Assembly: GCF_009914755.1 (NCBI RefSeq)
Contig: NC_060933.1
Reading direction: 5' to 3' (one strand)
Length of the DNA: 64,000 nt
Source of the DNA: the human T2T-CHM13v2.0 reference genome, Homo sapiens
Part shown: positions 40,491 through 54,860 of the stretch, piece by piece
Layout: each line of letters starts with the position of its first letter
Position numbering within the stretch: position 1 is the first letter of the stretch
Notes under the pieces: generated by a model
Told to the model about the DNA's origin: nothing
The model's database searches: none
The model's input: only the letters and a program-made list of their open reading frames with translations
Translations under genes and position numbers: made by a program

Positions 40491-42199
40491 TTTCACTGTG
40501 GCTCTTATTTCTGAAGGACAGGACAGTCTACTAAATGTATTGTAATGTAATGAAAATAACTAAGCCAAGTTATTCTATTATTTTGTAAAGTATCTCTGGT
40601 TTTTCATTCATTAAAAAACATGCCTCTCTTTTGGGGACACTCCATTGTCCTTTTCTTCTAGTCACATTGAAGTCTGTTTGCCTTTGAAGGCAGCCACATT
40701 AACTCACTGTCTACAGGGAAAAATCGCACCCCTTTTTATGGGAGGAAGTACAGATTTTTGATTCCTGAGTCCTGTTAATACAAGTAGCACCTCAGACTTT
40801 ACCTAGATTGATATCCCTCTTTCTCCATTTCTCAGCTTGCAAAATGGAGTGGGCAATTGTTTAAGGGGAAAAGTGTATGTGCTTTCAAATTCCAGTTCAC
40901 TTCTCATTAGTGAAATCTGTGGATTGGTGAATACAATTAATCTCCTGAATTATACTTTGCAAAACAACCAACACTTTTTCTTAGACACAATACAATGCAA
41001 TTTCAACTAAAGAAAGAATATTACCTATTAGCATAATCATGCCCATTATTTTAATAACAATAAATGGATATTCATTATCCATTTTTGTGCTGAGAATCAT
41101 TTGGTGTTTTATTCCTTTCCTGTAGACCTGAAGGTATCAAAATGCTACAGCAGTAGTAAATAGTAATCTTTGTTGTTAGAGAAAGAGGCAATGGTTTTGA
41201 TTACATTCTGGTTTGAGGTAATCTGATTGTGATAGCATGTTTGGTGAGAGAAATTTGTGATCAATTTCTTTCTAACATTATTATTTACTGTAATATTTTT
41301 AAAATCTATCAACCTGTCCTTTTAAGGCTTTTATAACATGAACCTATCCTGAATATTTTTGTTTCTGTCTAATGCTTTATTTCTTTTCTTGATTTTTAAC
41401 TTTCCATCTAAACCATTACTTTTTCTCAAAATAGTGTAAACCATCATCTCTATGTAAATGAGTATACTAAAAATACATCATAATACCTATCCTGAGATCC
41501 AGTCTCAAATTTCCAACTTTTTTCTGGCCATTTTCATTTTTTACTTTGTTTTATGTATAAAGAAAACAAACAAAAACTAGCAAAAACATAAAACTGGCTC
41601 CAGCTCTTATGCCAGGTGCTATGAGTAAAGGACAAAGTTCCTGACTCAAGTTTCTCCTATTTATGTCAAAGGTACTATTGTCAAACTGATCAAAAATTTG
41701 TGGTCACAGACATTGTCATTACCTTGGTTTGCCTATGCCTACTCATATACTTAAATTCTTTTTTTCAATGATTTCTCAAATTTATTTCTACTTTCTTTAC
41801 CTTCTGTGACCCTTACACTTAAAAGGTGAAAGTGGAAGACAGTCTTTTGATTTTTTTTTTGAATGCACAAAATACATGTTATTCCCTGACTCTCCTTTTG
41901 ATGGATAGCTCTTTTTTGAGCAATTTACAATCATTTTCTTTTTTTGATTATTTATGAATAAAGTTCAAATTCTCACATCTAATATTCTAAATCCTTCATA
42001 ATTTGTCCCAACATTTACTTCTAATTGTATATTCAAATATTCTGAAACAATCACATTATTCTGTCTAATGTATGCATTCTATACTTCTGAATGTTTTCTA
42101 TGCTTATCACCAAATTTGCACTTGTCTTTTGAATAATCCATAATGCCTTTTTCCTCTTCCCCATATTATTGAAGAGTATCACATAATAGGAAGCTCTAT

Positions 42200-42425
42200 T
42201 AACCTTTCTTTGATCATCATAGTCCACGATGGCATCTCCCTCCTTAGAAGATCCCCAATATATATTGCATAGCACTTTTCTGAAAGTTACTTTTTTGTGT
42301 TTATGTTTCTTATGTTCAGACTTGGATATTAAGTGACCTAAAGATAAAAGATCTGTATTCTACATCTTCTGTTCACACATAGCACTTACTGAGGAACTAT
42401 ACACATAGCAATTCTATAAAGTAGG
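42200..42425 (+). mobile_element. L2 3' end fragment
   Basis: Degenerate L2 terminus (catagcac...cacatagcaattctataaa). Confidence 0.4.
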
Positions 42426-43810
42426 GAGTGTTTTCTAGAAAAGAAGTGACTATGTGTTGATACGTCTCCTTCAATTTTATTAATAAACTTTCATTTATGA
42501 ATATGTATTAAAAGTTTCTTTAGGCTCTCTTTGTATGTTTGACCCATTTCGTGGTAAATGTGAACAGTGGAACAAGATAGTTGCAGTGCTAAACTTAGAC
42601 TAAAGGGAAGAGGAACTCAGGTTCTAGGCCAGCCCTTTAGAGTGAACCACAAACCACTTTCACCTTCCTCCCATGGGGGCTGGGAAGGAGAGTAGAAGGG
42701 GAAGTGGCGATGAGTCCACAAAACAAGTGAATGTGCTCATGTGAAACAAGACTCATGCCCATCCATGTGCTATGCCAATGTACCAATACTCAAGACTCTG
42801 GATTCCTCTTTAGGAGAAATAAAAGGTCCTAAGATTGCTTTCAAGGTCTATTCAAGGCCATTCCCTACACCAGCCTTTTTGAAGGTGGACTGGTGTGTAC
42901 AACCCTTGGTCAAAGGGATGTCTCATGAGGAGATGCTGGACAAATAGGCTGCAGTATCTTGGATGTAACAAACCCCTCATCCAGCAAGATGGAAAGAGGG
43001 GTGGAAAGAGAATGAAATTGACTATGACCTGGGGCCTCTTTCCAATCCTCACATTCCATTGTGGACCTCTCCTGGCAGTCCAAGAATGCAGATTTCAATT
43101 TAATTTTTTAAGTTGTTATGAAGTTGTCAATGTAGGAATTTCAATACACTTTAACAGTTCTTAAGCTTGATTGATGTCTTATAAATATGTAGTCATTAAT
43201 ATGTGGGTCTAGATTTGCAATACTTCTGAACTTCCACAAATGTTAGGGACAGGCCTGAATAGCTAACTTTTTTCTTTTATTTCAAGTTGACTTAATATTA
43301 TAAAAAACATTTTATTTTTTCCTTTAATAGAGTCAAGTATACAGTTTCTGTTTTCATCCAGTAACTTTAGCAGAGACTTTTTCTCTCTGCTAGTGAAAGA
43401 GAGGACTCAGGTTTAGAGGAAATTTGCTTTTTCAGAACATTTGATCTTCGTAACACATCAAGATGTATTTAGAGAAAAGAACACACGGACTTAGTACTAT
43501 TTATAAATAGCTTCTTTACCCTTACTCCTAAATTAAAACAAAACTAAAACCTAGGAAAAGCACTTGCATTATACAAAATTTATACTTTAGCTATTTCTAC
43601 ATTTAAAAATAAAATAATATAAATCACCAATTTTACGTTTTAAGCAAAAGTGTATTCTCAAACTTTATATTATTCAGCAATACCTATTACTCTCCAAGTA
43701 TATGCATGTATCATTTCTCTCATTTAAAGTCTCTGACCACATCTAGAAAAAGTGCAGTCATTACATCTTGGTTTTGGAACTGGGAATTTTATTTAGCACA
43801 ATATAAATAA

Positions 43811-44159
<349 letters not shown>

Positions 44160-44748
44160 TCTTTTTTTTTTTTTTTTTTTAACCATTTCTGATTTACTGA
44201 AACCCAGTCTGTATTTAATAAGGCTTAAACATTTGTATGTTTAATGTAACAATATGTCCTCAGTGGCAGCTTGATTAGATTTGGATTTTAAAAGTCACTG
44301 TAGGAGGAAAAATATCAAAGAAGGGATACATACTGGTGACAAATACTTTTAAAATAGCATAACTCAAGTAACGCAAGTCAGTCTCGCCAGCCAAATGAAA
44401 ATTATAGGTGGAAATCTCACACTGAACCTGGAGAATTTCCCGTTCCTGTTAAAGTATTTTCTTACTGATGTATTCATAAAACAATACTGTCCATTTATGT
44501 CTTTCAGAAACCATTCTATTATTTTCATTAACATACCTGTATATTAGAATAAAAACTTTACAAGGTTATGTTTTCATTTTCCACTTTTTTTTCTTGTTTC
44601 TGTATTACTTTTTATATCAGTTTAATTTTGGCATTTAACCTAGCTATCTAATACCTTGGCAGTCAACACATTTCCCACCCTTGCTCTTGAATATAATGCT
44701 GTCAGAGAGTGGGATATGAGAAAAGCAAGAGGTTTTCTAAAAGGAAAA

Positions 44749-44788
<40 letters not shown>

Positions 44789-44843
44789 ATCTATCTATCT
44801 ATCTATCTATCTATCCATCTATCTATCTATGTATCTATCGATC
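44749..44843. repeat. Compound (TATC)n/GATA tetranucleotide microsatellite
   Basis: [TATC]10 ATC [TATC]6 CATC [TATC]2 TATG [TATC]2 GATC. Confidence 0.97.
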
Positions 44844-46549
44844 ATCAGGAGAGACAGCCTAGAGACATTATAAAAGAATTAAATTCAAATTGTAAGATCA
44901 TAATAAAGTTTAACACATCATGATTTATAAACTACAGATATAAACTAAGTAACTTGCTTAAAGCTCCAGATGCTGCTTTCCATAATATTTTAAGTGAAAT
45001 ACTGTGTGTATAACTTAAAACCTTTAGGCCATGAAGACCATGGAGAATATTTTAAGAATCAGTCACAATCTGAAGTGACATTATTGTTTTTTGTTTCAGT
45101 ACACATTAGTACCAATTAGTTAATTTTAATTTGTGGAATGAATCAGTAAACAATAAAAGTGTATGAAAGGGTAAAGCACAATTTAAAGTGTTTTGGAAAA
45201 TGTGGTCAGAAAACAACATAAGATCAGTAGAATAATTCTAGCATATCCATAGAATAATTAATATTATCACTATAGTAAACATGATTTAGCTCACACTATT
45301 TGGCGAAAAGAAAATTCACTTGCAGTATTCTGCACATTGTGTTATTTCTGCTCAAATGACATACTTACAATAATTTGATTGAAATCATGTGACTCTCCTG
45401 AAGAATCATGTTCTATCTTCTGGTTTAAGGCTATGTAAATATTAAGAGACATACAGTGATCCATCTTCTTTGTGTGGAAATGATCAAACACTACAAGTCA
45501 GTTAATGTGTTTTCAATGGTGAGGGGTTAATACCAAAAGATTTATGTTAGAATTGTATAGCATCTATATTTCTAATCCTTAGTTATTTGTATGAACAATT
45601 AGAAGTCTGACCTGTTTGGAACTTATTTTGGGGTAAATAGGTTCCCAAGCCTTCTTGCAAAGGACATGCAAATAATGAAAATATGATATTAAGAACCACT
45701 CCACTGTTATTAAAATGAAGATGAAAAGAATTAAATCAAAGTCTGCCATAGAATAATTTATAGATACCATATTGAACATTTTCTAAATATGCCCACATTC
45801 TTGGAGTGGCAGATAATGTGTTAACATTATAATAAGCATGAGTTAATAAACATTATGCATATTCTCTACTACAGATGAGTATACTTTTTGGCCCTTTTAA
45901 TGAAGGATGGGGAATAAGCAACTCCCTGTAAGGAGAAGAACAGAAATGGATCCATTTTTGACTTGAAACTTTTATAAAAATAGCTGTATTTAATAATGTT
46001 TTACTTATCATGGGTACATTTTTTTTTAACTTGTGTTCATAAGGTAGATTCATTCAGCAAAAGAGTAACCGGTACTAGGAGAGAAGTAAGAAATTCATGG
46101 CTGAGTTAATATAGTTAAACTATATCCGTCTGAAACTCTTTCTCTCTGAGGAAGCTTTTAAAATTATTTTTTCATTTTTCCAGACCTTTTTTCTTGATCT
46201 CTGTATTTTCCTCTAAAGCAAAGACTATCAATGACATTCTTAAACTTTGAAAGATTTAGGATGAAGGGAATATTTACTTATATTTTAGAAATAGTGCAAT
46301 TTTAGAGACTGAGAAGTCTCTCAGGTTATTATCATCAATGTAGAACTTACCAGAGATGACTTTGGCTTTCTAAAGCATCTAAAATAAGCTATAGTATGCC
46401 CATGTTCCTGCAGCATTGGACTTACATAATTTCAAATGTTTAAAAATACCTTTCATGGATGCCTTTACAGGTATGCATAAACAAAATATCTCATTTTTTT
46501 AAATCATTCTGCCCTCCATATGAAACTATTGGTCTATTAGATATATTTT

Positions 46550-48330
46550 TATTTTTTAACTGTTGATTTGAAATTATTATAGATTTACAGAAGGTTGCAA
46601 ATATAGTACAGAGAGGTCTCTCATACTCTTCACCTAGTTTCCCCAGTGGTTACATTTTTTTTGTAGCTACAGTAAAACATTAAAACCAAGAAACTGACAT
46701 TGAAAAAATGTGTATGCATACATCTGTCATTTTATTACATGTGTAAATTCTTGTGACCACTACCACTATCAAAATATCTAACACTTCTAGTGAAGTGTAA
46801 AAATCTTATCTCATTGGAAGTCTCTTTACCCATCCTTGTTTATATAATTTTTTAAATTTTTCATTTAGGTATTGATAACCATTTCGATGTTACAGTTTTT
46901 GATTCAAAAGTCAAACATAATTTAGAAAACTCAAGAAGAAAAATCTGTTGTACTTATTCATATTTTTGCTCTTTGTTACTCTTACATTTTTCTGATGATT
47001 TCAGGCCCCTTATTCATTTTATGTTTCAAGAACTTTTTGCTTTTCTTTAGGGTAGGTCTGTTTGCAACCAATTCTTAATTTTTCTTCTTCTGAGAATTTA
47101 TTTAATTCTCCTTCATTTCTAAAGGACATTTTTGCCTAATACAGAATTCTGGATTGACAGTTCTTGTTTTGCAGTACTTGAGAAATATATCACTTCCTTT
47201 TGGCCACCATTATTTCTGACAGGAAATCATTGTCATTCAAATTGTTTTTCTTCTGGAGAGATGAAGCATTGTTTTACCTCACTGTTTCCAAGATTTTTTC
47301 TTCTGCTGTTTTCTGAAATTGACCTTTCTTTGTTGATTTTTTTGTATCTGTCCCATTTTAGATTTTCTCATTTCTTGAATCTGTAGTTGTATGTCTTTTG
47401 CCAAACTCGAAAATGTTTTGGACATTATTTTTTCAAATATATTTTTAGCCCAACCCACTTTTGCCTTTCCTTCTAGGACTCTGATGACATGAATAGTAGA
47501 TTTTTTGCTATAGTCTTATAGGTCCTTGAGGCTCTGTTCTTTTTTTTTTTTTTTTTTCATTTTCAGTCTATATTCCCTCTGGTCTTTGGATTAGTAAATT
47601 TTTAATGTCCTATTTTCAAGTTCACTTATTCTTTTCTCTATTTCCTCCATTACCCTATTGAGCCATCAAGTATTTTTTAAAGTTTCAATTATATTTTTCG
47701 GTGGCAAAATTTCTATTTGTCTCTTGGCATCTTCTATTTCTTTGTAAAGCTTTCCATTGTTTCATTTGTTTCAGCATATTCGCAATTGCTCATTAAAACA
47801 TTTTTATGGTGGTGGCTTTAAAATCCTTGTGAATAAATCTAATTTATGTGTTATCACTGTGTTGGCATGTGTTATCTCATTCAAGATGAGATTTTTTTCT
47901 GGTGCTTGATATGCTGAGTAATTTTCAATGTATCTAGGGTAATTTGGATATTATGCTATGAGGCTCTGTATTTTAACTCTTGGAAATAAACCTCCTGTGA
48001 CACCACACATGGTGAAAGTGGGGGTGCCTTGTTATTGCTAGGTGGTGATAAAAATTTATCCCTGCTCAACCACCTTTGGAGAGTGGGGGATTTTTTTCTT
48101 GTTTCTGCTCCCACTATGGCCTACACTGAAGGGAAGGCAAACATCAGGAGGCCTTGGACCTTTTTACCACTAGATGATGGTGAAAGTTCCAACTTCTCAC
48201 TTAGTTTACTTTGACACCTAAGGAATCTGGTGGAGAAGGACGGGGCACATTGTAACTACCTGGCAGAGAAGAAAGTTCTAGATTCCCACACGGCCTTCTC
48301 TGATATCACCCAGATATTGATAGGCGGCAG
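46550..48330 (-). mobile_element. Old L1MC/L1MD-type remnant(s)
   Basis: ttgaaattattatagatttacagaaggttgcaaa..tagtacagagaggtc...aaaccaagaaactgacattg (antisense 3' end), followed by T-rich antisense L1 5'/ORF1-like sequence. Confidence 0.65.
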
Positions 48331-50014
48331 GGCCTGTTAGTTTGTGTTTGTGTTTAAATTACACATTACCAATAGTATCACTTTGCATAAACCTATACTA
48401 AACTAAAAGCACGGACCCCACAGAAGATATGTAATTAAAGTTATCTTGTAGTATGCAGGTCTTTTTCACAGATGCATTCAGTGTGTGGTTTAAAAGGAAG
48501 TTAAAAGTTTAGTTCTAGTTACCATGCTAGAAGAACTTAATATGTAAAAGATGACATCATCAAAGACAGTGAAAGTCCTCTTTAATGTCTCAAGGCTTTT
48601 CATTGTGTATCACGAAATTTTGGTTATCTGTTTCTTTTCAGTAAATATTTAGTCTATTTTTCTAAGTTTAATATATTAGGATTTTCATTTTCATTAATCC
48701 TTAGTGTTTGTACTACTGATATTTGCACATACAGTATGAGAACATACATTTCAATTGATCATTTTTTAAAAATTTCTTTGAGATATATCAAAAGTTCTAT
48801 ACCATATAAAGGAAAGTTATTCTACTATTCTAAAGCAGCTCATAAAATACAATGTACAAATAGGACAAAATACATACAAGAAGCAGGAGAAATGTTCCTA
48901 AGCAGCTCCACTGATACAGTGGAGATATAATCTCTCCTCTCTATTGAATGAATTTGCTGAGGGTCGGTGCATATAGTAGTCAATGGAATACAAACCAATA
49001 AAAATATGATAGATAAATAGAATGAAAAGTATCCAAGGGTCAAGTGCTAAATCTGTTCTGCTGATTCCAGCTGGTATTTCCTTTTCTTCTTTAACCCACA
49101 TGAAGACACTCTACTAAACAGTCATGTATATCTCAGGCATACTGGTTTTCATTTGTAATTTTCATTTTATTGCACTTTCAATTTTCAGGTTTTGTCCATC
49201 TTTCTTCCCCTTGGCCCTTCCATCACTTCTGCTACTTGATGAATTCTGTCTTAAACAGTAGCTAGAATATAAACATTTAATAAAATATTAACCTGATTGC
49301 TTGCCCTCCCTATAAACAATAAAATGACATACATGAACAAATGACAAATACAATATTTTATGTTGTGTTTATTTCTACCTTTCTCTGAGGCTTCTTTTAA
49401 TCTTTATTAAAGTTTATTATAGCAAACTACTATCAAATATTTCCATGCATTTAACTGGTTATTGTAACATCAACACAAGAGAGCAAATGAAACTTGTGAA
49501 GCTTCTACTTTCTATTGCTCTAAGGTGTCTATGCAGATCATTATGTATTCTTCACCACAGGTCAGTTGCTTAGCGACCAGAGAAGTAGAGAACTACTAAT
49601 TGAAAGTATTCTGTATTGCTGGCAAGGCTTGCTGCAGGATGTTGAACTTGGAAACAGCAGAGACTGTGTCAGATAAAAATGTTGCAGAGGATGAAAGAAA
49701 AATAGTTGCAGCATTATCATACTAGGAATGGTTATTATTTACTTTATGGTAAATTCTGCAAAATGCTTTGCTGTGCTTCTGTTTTATAAGATTAAAATTG
49801 ATTTTACTATTAAGGATCATTTACACAATCAGATTAAAAATCAGAGTTGTGGCATCTATTTTTAAAAAGTAAAACAGAACACAAAGGAGAAAAAGAAGAG
49901 GAGGACAAAAGAGAAGAAACAGAAGCAACAGCACTAAGTTAGATCCAGGTCCCTAAAGATAAGTAACAATATCTGTATGAACTTTTCTGATTGCTTATTT
50001 TATTTTGTAATGAA

Positions 50015-50125
50015 AACAAAGAAAGAGGATGAGGAGGAAGATGAGGATGAGGAGACTGAGGAGGAAGGCAAGGAGAATAAGGAAGAGGAGCAAGAGGTAA
50101 AGGAGAAGAAAAGAAAAAAGAGATA
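50015..50125. repeat. Purine-rich (GA) low-complexity tract
   Basis: gaggatgaggaggaagatgaggatgaggag... Confidence 0.75.
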
Positions 50126-50538
50126 AGATTATTAAAAATCAAACTAAATACATATTGGAAAAACAATTGAAAAACAAACCAAAAGTAGCAACACTCTAAC
50201 AGAGCAATAGTATAAACAAATTTATTCAAAGCATTAATTTTATATTAGTCTGTATCAGGCTTTCTAACCTGTACATTATATAAAATTAGGATTATTTTCT
50301 CTCTTCTTTCCATGTAATGTACAATTCATGTATCCATCAAAAATAGATGAGTGGTCATTGTGTGACATCTTTCACTTAATAGAAAAGACTAGGTCAGAAA
50401 AGAGAAAATGTCCTTCACAAGACCAAGACTAAGTTGGCTCAATTTTCCTGATAGCTTATTTGCTACAAGAATTCTGATATAATTCTGTATTTACAGGCTC
50501 ATTCTCTCTCTCTCACAATCCACAGGCATACAAACAAA

Positions 50539-50563
50539 GTGTGTGTGTGTGTGTGTGTGTGTG
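50539..50563. repeat. (GT)n microsatellite
   Basis: About 12 GT units. Confidence 0.9.
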
Positions 50564-51193
50564 CACATGCGTTTGACAAAGAGAGAGAGAAAAAGACTTG
50601 AATAACTGTTTCTTATGAGAATTCATTTGTGGTAATGGTTGCTACTTGTATTTCTATAAAGATTACTCCTAGTAATGATTGAAAAACAGGACATATGTTA
50701 ATTAAATGTTCAGTGACTTTATAGTTAAATATACATATAATGCACATTCCAAGTTTTTAAAAAAATAACAATCAATAAATAGCTAAATGTTTTAAATCAT
50801 AACTGGTCAGAATTTAGTTGTTAATATTCAGATACCATTTCAATATCGTGTAGAGTCATTATGAATATCATTTGTCTGCAGTACTCTGAAGATAAAGGTG
50901 GTAAAACATGTGTTAGTCAATGGTCTACCTGTTATACAGCCTTTTAAAACAAATCCTTGGCATGAGATTGTCATTTGTCTGTTTCTCATAAAAGCTGAGT
51001 GTAGAACATCCTAAAAATCCAGTTCAGCTTTTTTATTCTTGTTACATTTCTGCAGAATTTTAATATAACTTTCCTTTTGTGTATTTATGCCTACTGTTTC
51101 TATTTACTTATAGGTGGCCTGAATTTTTTATCCAGAGAAAAAGTTAATGCAAGAAAGAATTTAAAAATGTATGGTAGATTATCAAAATTCTTA

Positions 51194-52879
<1,686 letters not shown>

Positions 52880-52984
52880 AAAAAAAGGTCAAATCCACCT
52901 TTGCTACAGCACACAACCTAATCTTATATCTGCTCATCTTTTTTGTCTTTGTTTTAAAAACACATACTTGATAATCATATTAGA

Positions 52985-53525
52985 TGGTTACAGCTTTCTA
53001 TTGCTGCATAATAAACCAGTCTAAACATAGCAGCTTAAAACAGCTAACTAGCACAGATGGACCTGCTCATGATTCTTCAATCTGGGCTGAACTCAGCTGG
53101 GTGGCTCATCTCTTCCCTAGATGGTGTCTTCTGCTGGACTATTTAATATGTTTGTATTTAGAGGCAGCTCCATAGGGACTGGAGGATCCTAGCTGGCCCC
53201 ATTCATATGTTGTGCTGGAATGACTAGAAACTAACTGGGTCTTCCTCTCTATCTTCCCAGTCTTTCATTCCTCCTGGTCTTTTTCATCATAAGGTGTCTC
53301 ATCCACAAGGACGCTAACCTAGACATCTTTGCACAGTGGCTCAAGGTAAATGACAGAGTAAACAAAAGCTATAAAGCTTCCTTAAGCCTAGGACTGAAAC
53401 TTATACAGTGTCTCTGTAGCTGCATTCTCATGGCTCAACTAATTCACAAGGCTAATCATTGTCTGGTTGGGAGGATAATGCAAGGACATGAAATCAAAGG
53501 ACATCCATAATTCATTGGGGACTGT
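52985..53525 (-). mobile_element. Old MLT1 (H/I/J-like) LTR
   Basis: ctattgctgcataataaacc...gcttaaaaca...aatctgggctgaactcagctgggtggctcatctc. Confidence 0.6.
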
Positions 53526-53591
53526 TTGGTAAGAATATGAGTTAAGGCTTAAATTTGTTCGAACACAACTGGTTCTAAAGCATCACATTGT

Positions 53592-54002
53592 TGTATTAGG
53601 TTTCCAGGGTTGTCATAACAAATTACAACAAACTTGATAACTTAAAACAACAGAAATTGATTCTCTCACAGGTCTGGAGGCCAGAAGACAAATCAATGTG
53701 TTGGCAGTATTGGTTTCCACTGGAGACCCAGAAAAAACCCATTCCATGCTGTCAGCAATTCTTAGTGGTTTTTGTCTTTCCAATCTCTCTGATTCTGTCT
53801 TCACATGCCTCCCCACTTTTTCTGTGTCTTTCTGTTATTCTATCTCTTATAAGGACACTCATTAGATTTAGAATTTATTGTAATAGAGGATGAGCACACT
53901 TTATTACCTTATTACATCTTCAAAGATGCTTATTACGATTGAGGTCAGACTGTGAGATTCTGGGTGGACAAACCTTTTGGGCAAACACCATTCAATTCTT
54001 AC
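53592..54002 (-). mobile_element. MLT1C/B-type solo LTR
   Basis: tgtattaggtttccagggttgtcataacaaattac...aaacaacagaaattgattctctcacag.tctggaggccagaag...ataaggacactc. Confidence 0.8.
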
Positions 54003-54040
54003 GATTTTCTATCAAAATGTATAATTTTCTCCCATACTTT

Positions 54041-54127
54041 TTCAGTAATCTCCACCATAAAGAACTTGGATTTAGAATACTTGGATTCAGTAATCTCCAT
54101 CATAAAGAACTTGGATTTAGAACACTT
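54041..54127. repeat. Local tandem duplication (42-bp unit, period 45)
   Basis: ttcagtaatctcca(c/t)cataaagaacttggatttagaa(t/c)actt at 54041 and 54086. Confidence 0.9.
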
Positions 54128-54519
54128 TTTTTCCACATGTATTTAAGCAATATTTCTCAAAGTATATTCCTGAGAAAAGTATTTCAGTTATTCTATGAGT
54201 AAAAAGTTTCTTGGTCACGCAATTTTGGAAATTACTGCTTACTATTAACACCTCCTGGATATTTGCTTTGTGCATTAATTTATTAATGAGAAATTATATA
54301 GGAAAATATGCTAAAATTTTAGGAAGCACATGTTTTTCCCAAACACCAATAAACACTAAATATCGCCAATTTTATTCAAATGATACCTATCAACACCTTA
54401 CAGAAAAAGGGTTATGTGTACCAAAGGTCCTGATTTGACCTATTGTGTTGACTACATGATATCTGTTTCAAAAATATAAACAAAATTACCATGAGTATTA
54501 CTAAACATTTTAGTAATCT

Positions 54520-54860
54520 GTGCCCTTGCAATTCAGCAAGCCATTTCAACTACCTGGAATTTTCTTCCTCCTTTTTATGGATAACTCCTACTGGTCCTTT
54601 AGATATCAGATTAGAGGTTATTTTCCAAAGAAAGCTTTTCTTCATTCCCCAAAGATTCAGTTAGATGTTCTTCCAGTGATTTTTATAGCTCTCTGTTCTT
54701 GGTGGTAATATATCACTGAAACACTACTGTAATTACTTTGGTTTTTGTTCTTTATTTAGTGTTCAACCATATGCTTGCTGAAGTTTAGAATGTTATTCAT
54801 CATCGATTTTTAAGACACAACAGATATTTAATCAATGCTTATTAAATGAATAGATGAGAA
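54520..54860 (+). mobile_element. L2 3' end
   Basis: ctggaattttcttcctc...aactcctactggtcctttagatatcag...caatgcttattaaatgaatagatga. Confidence 0.6.

Noticed and set aside
43368-43392. Short 8-9-bp hairpins (also 48906-48924 and ~41062-41084)
   Set aside because: Stems of this length are expected by chance in 64 kb.
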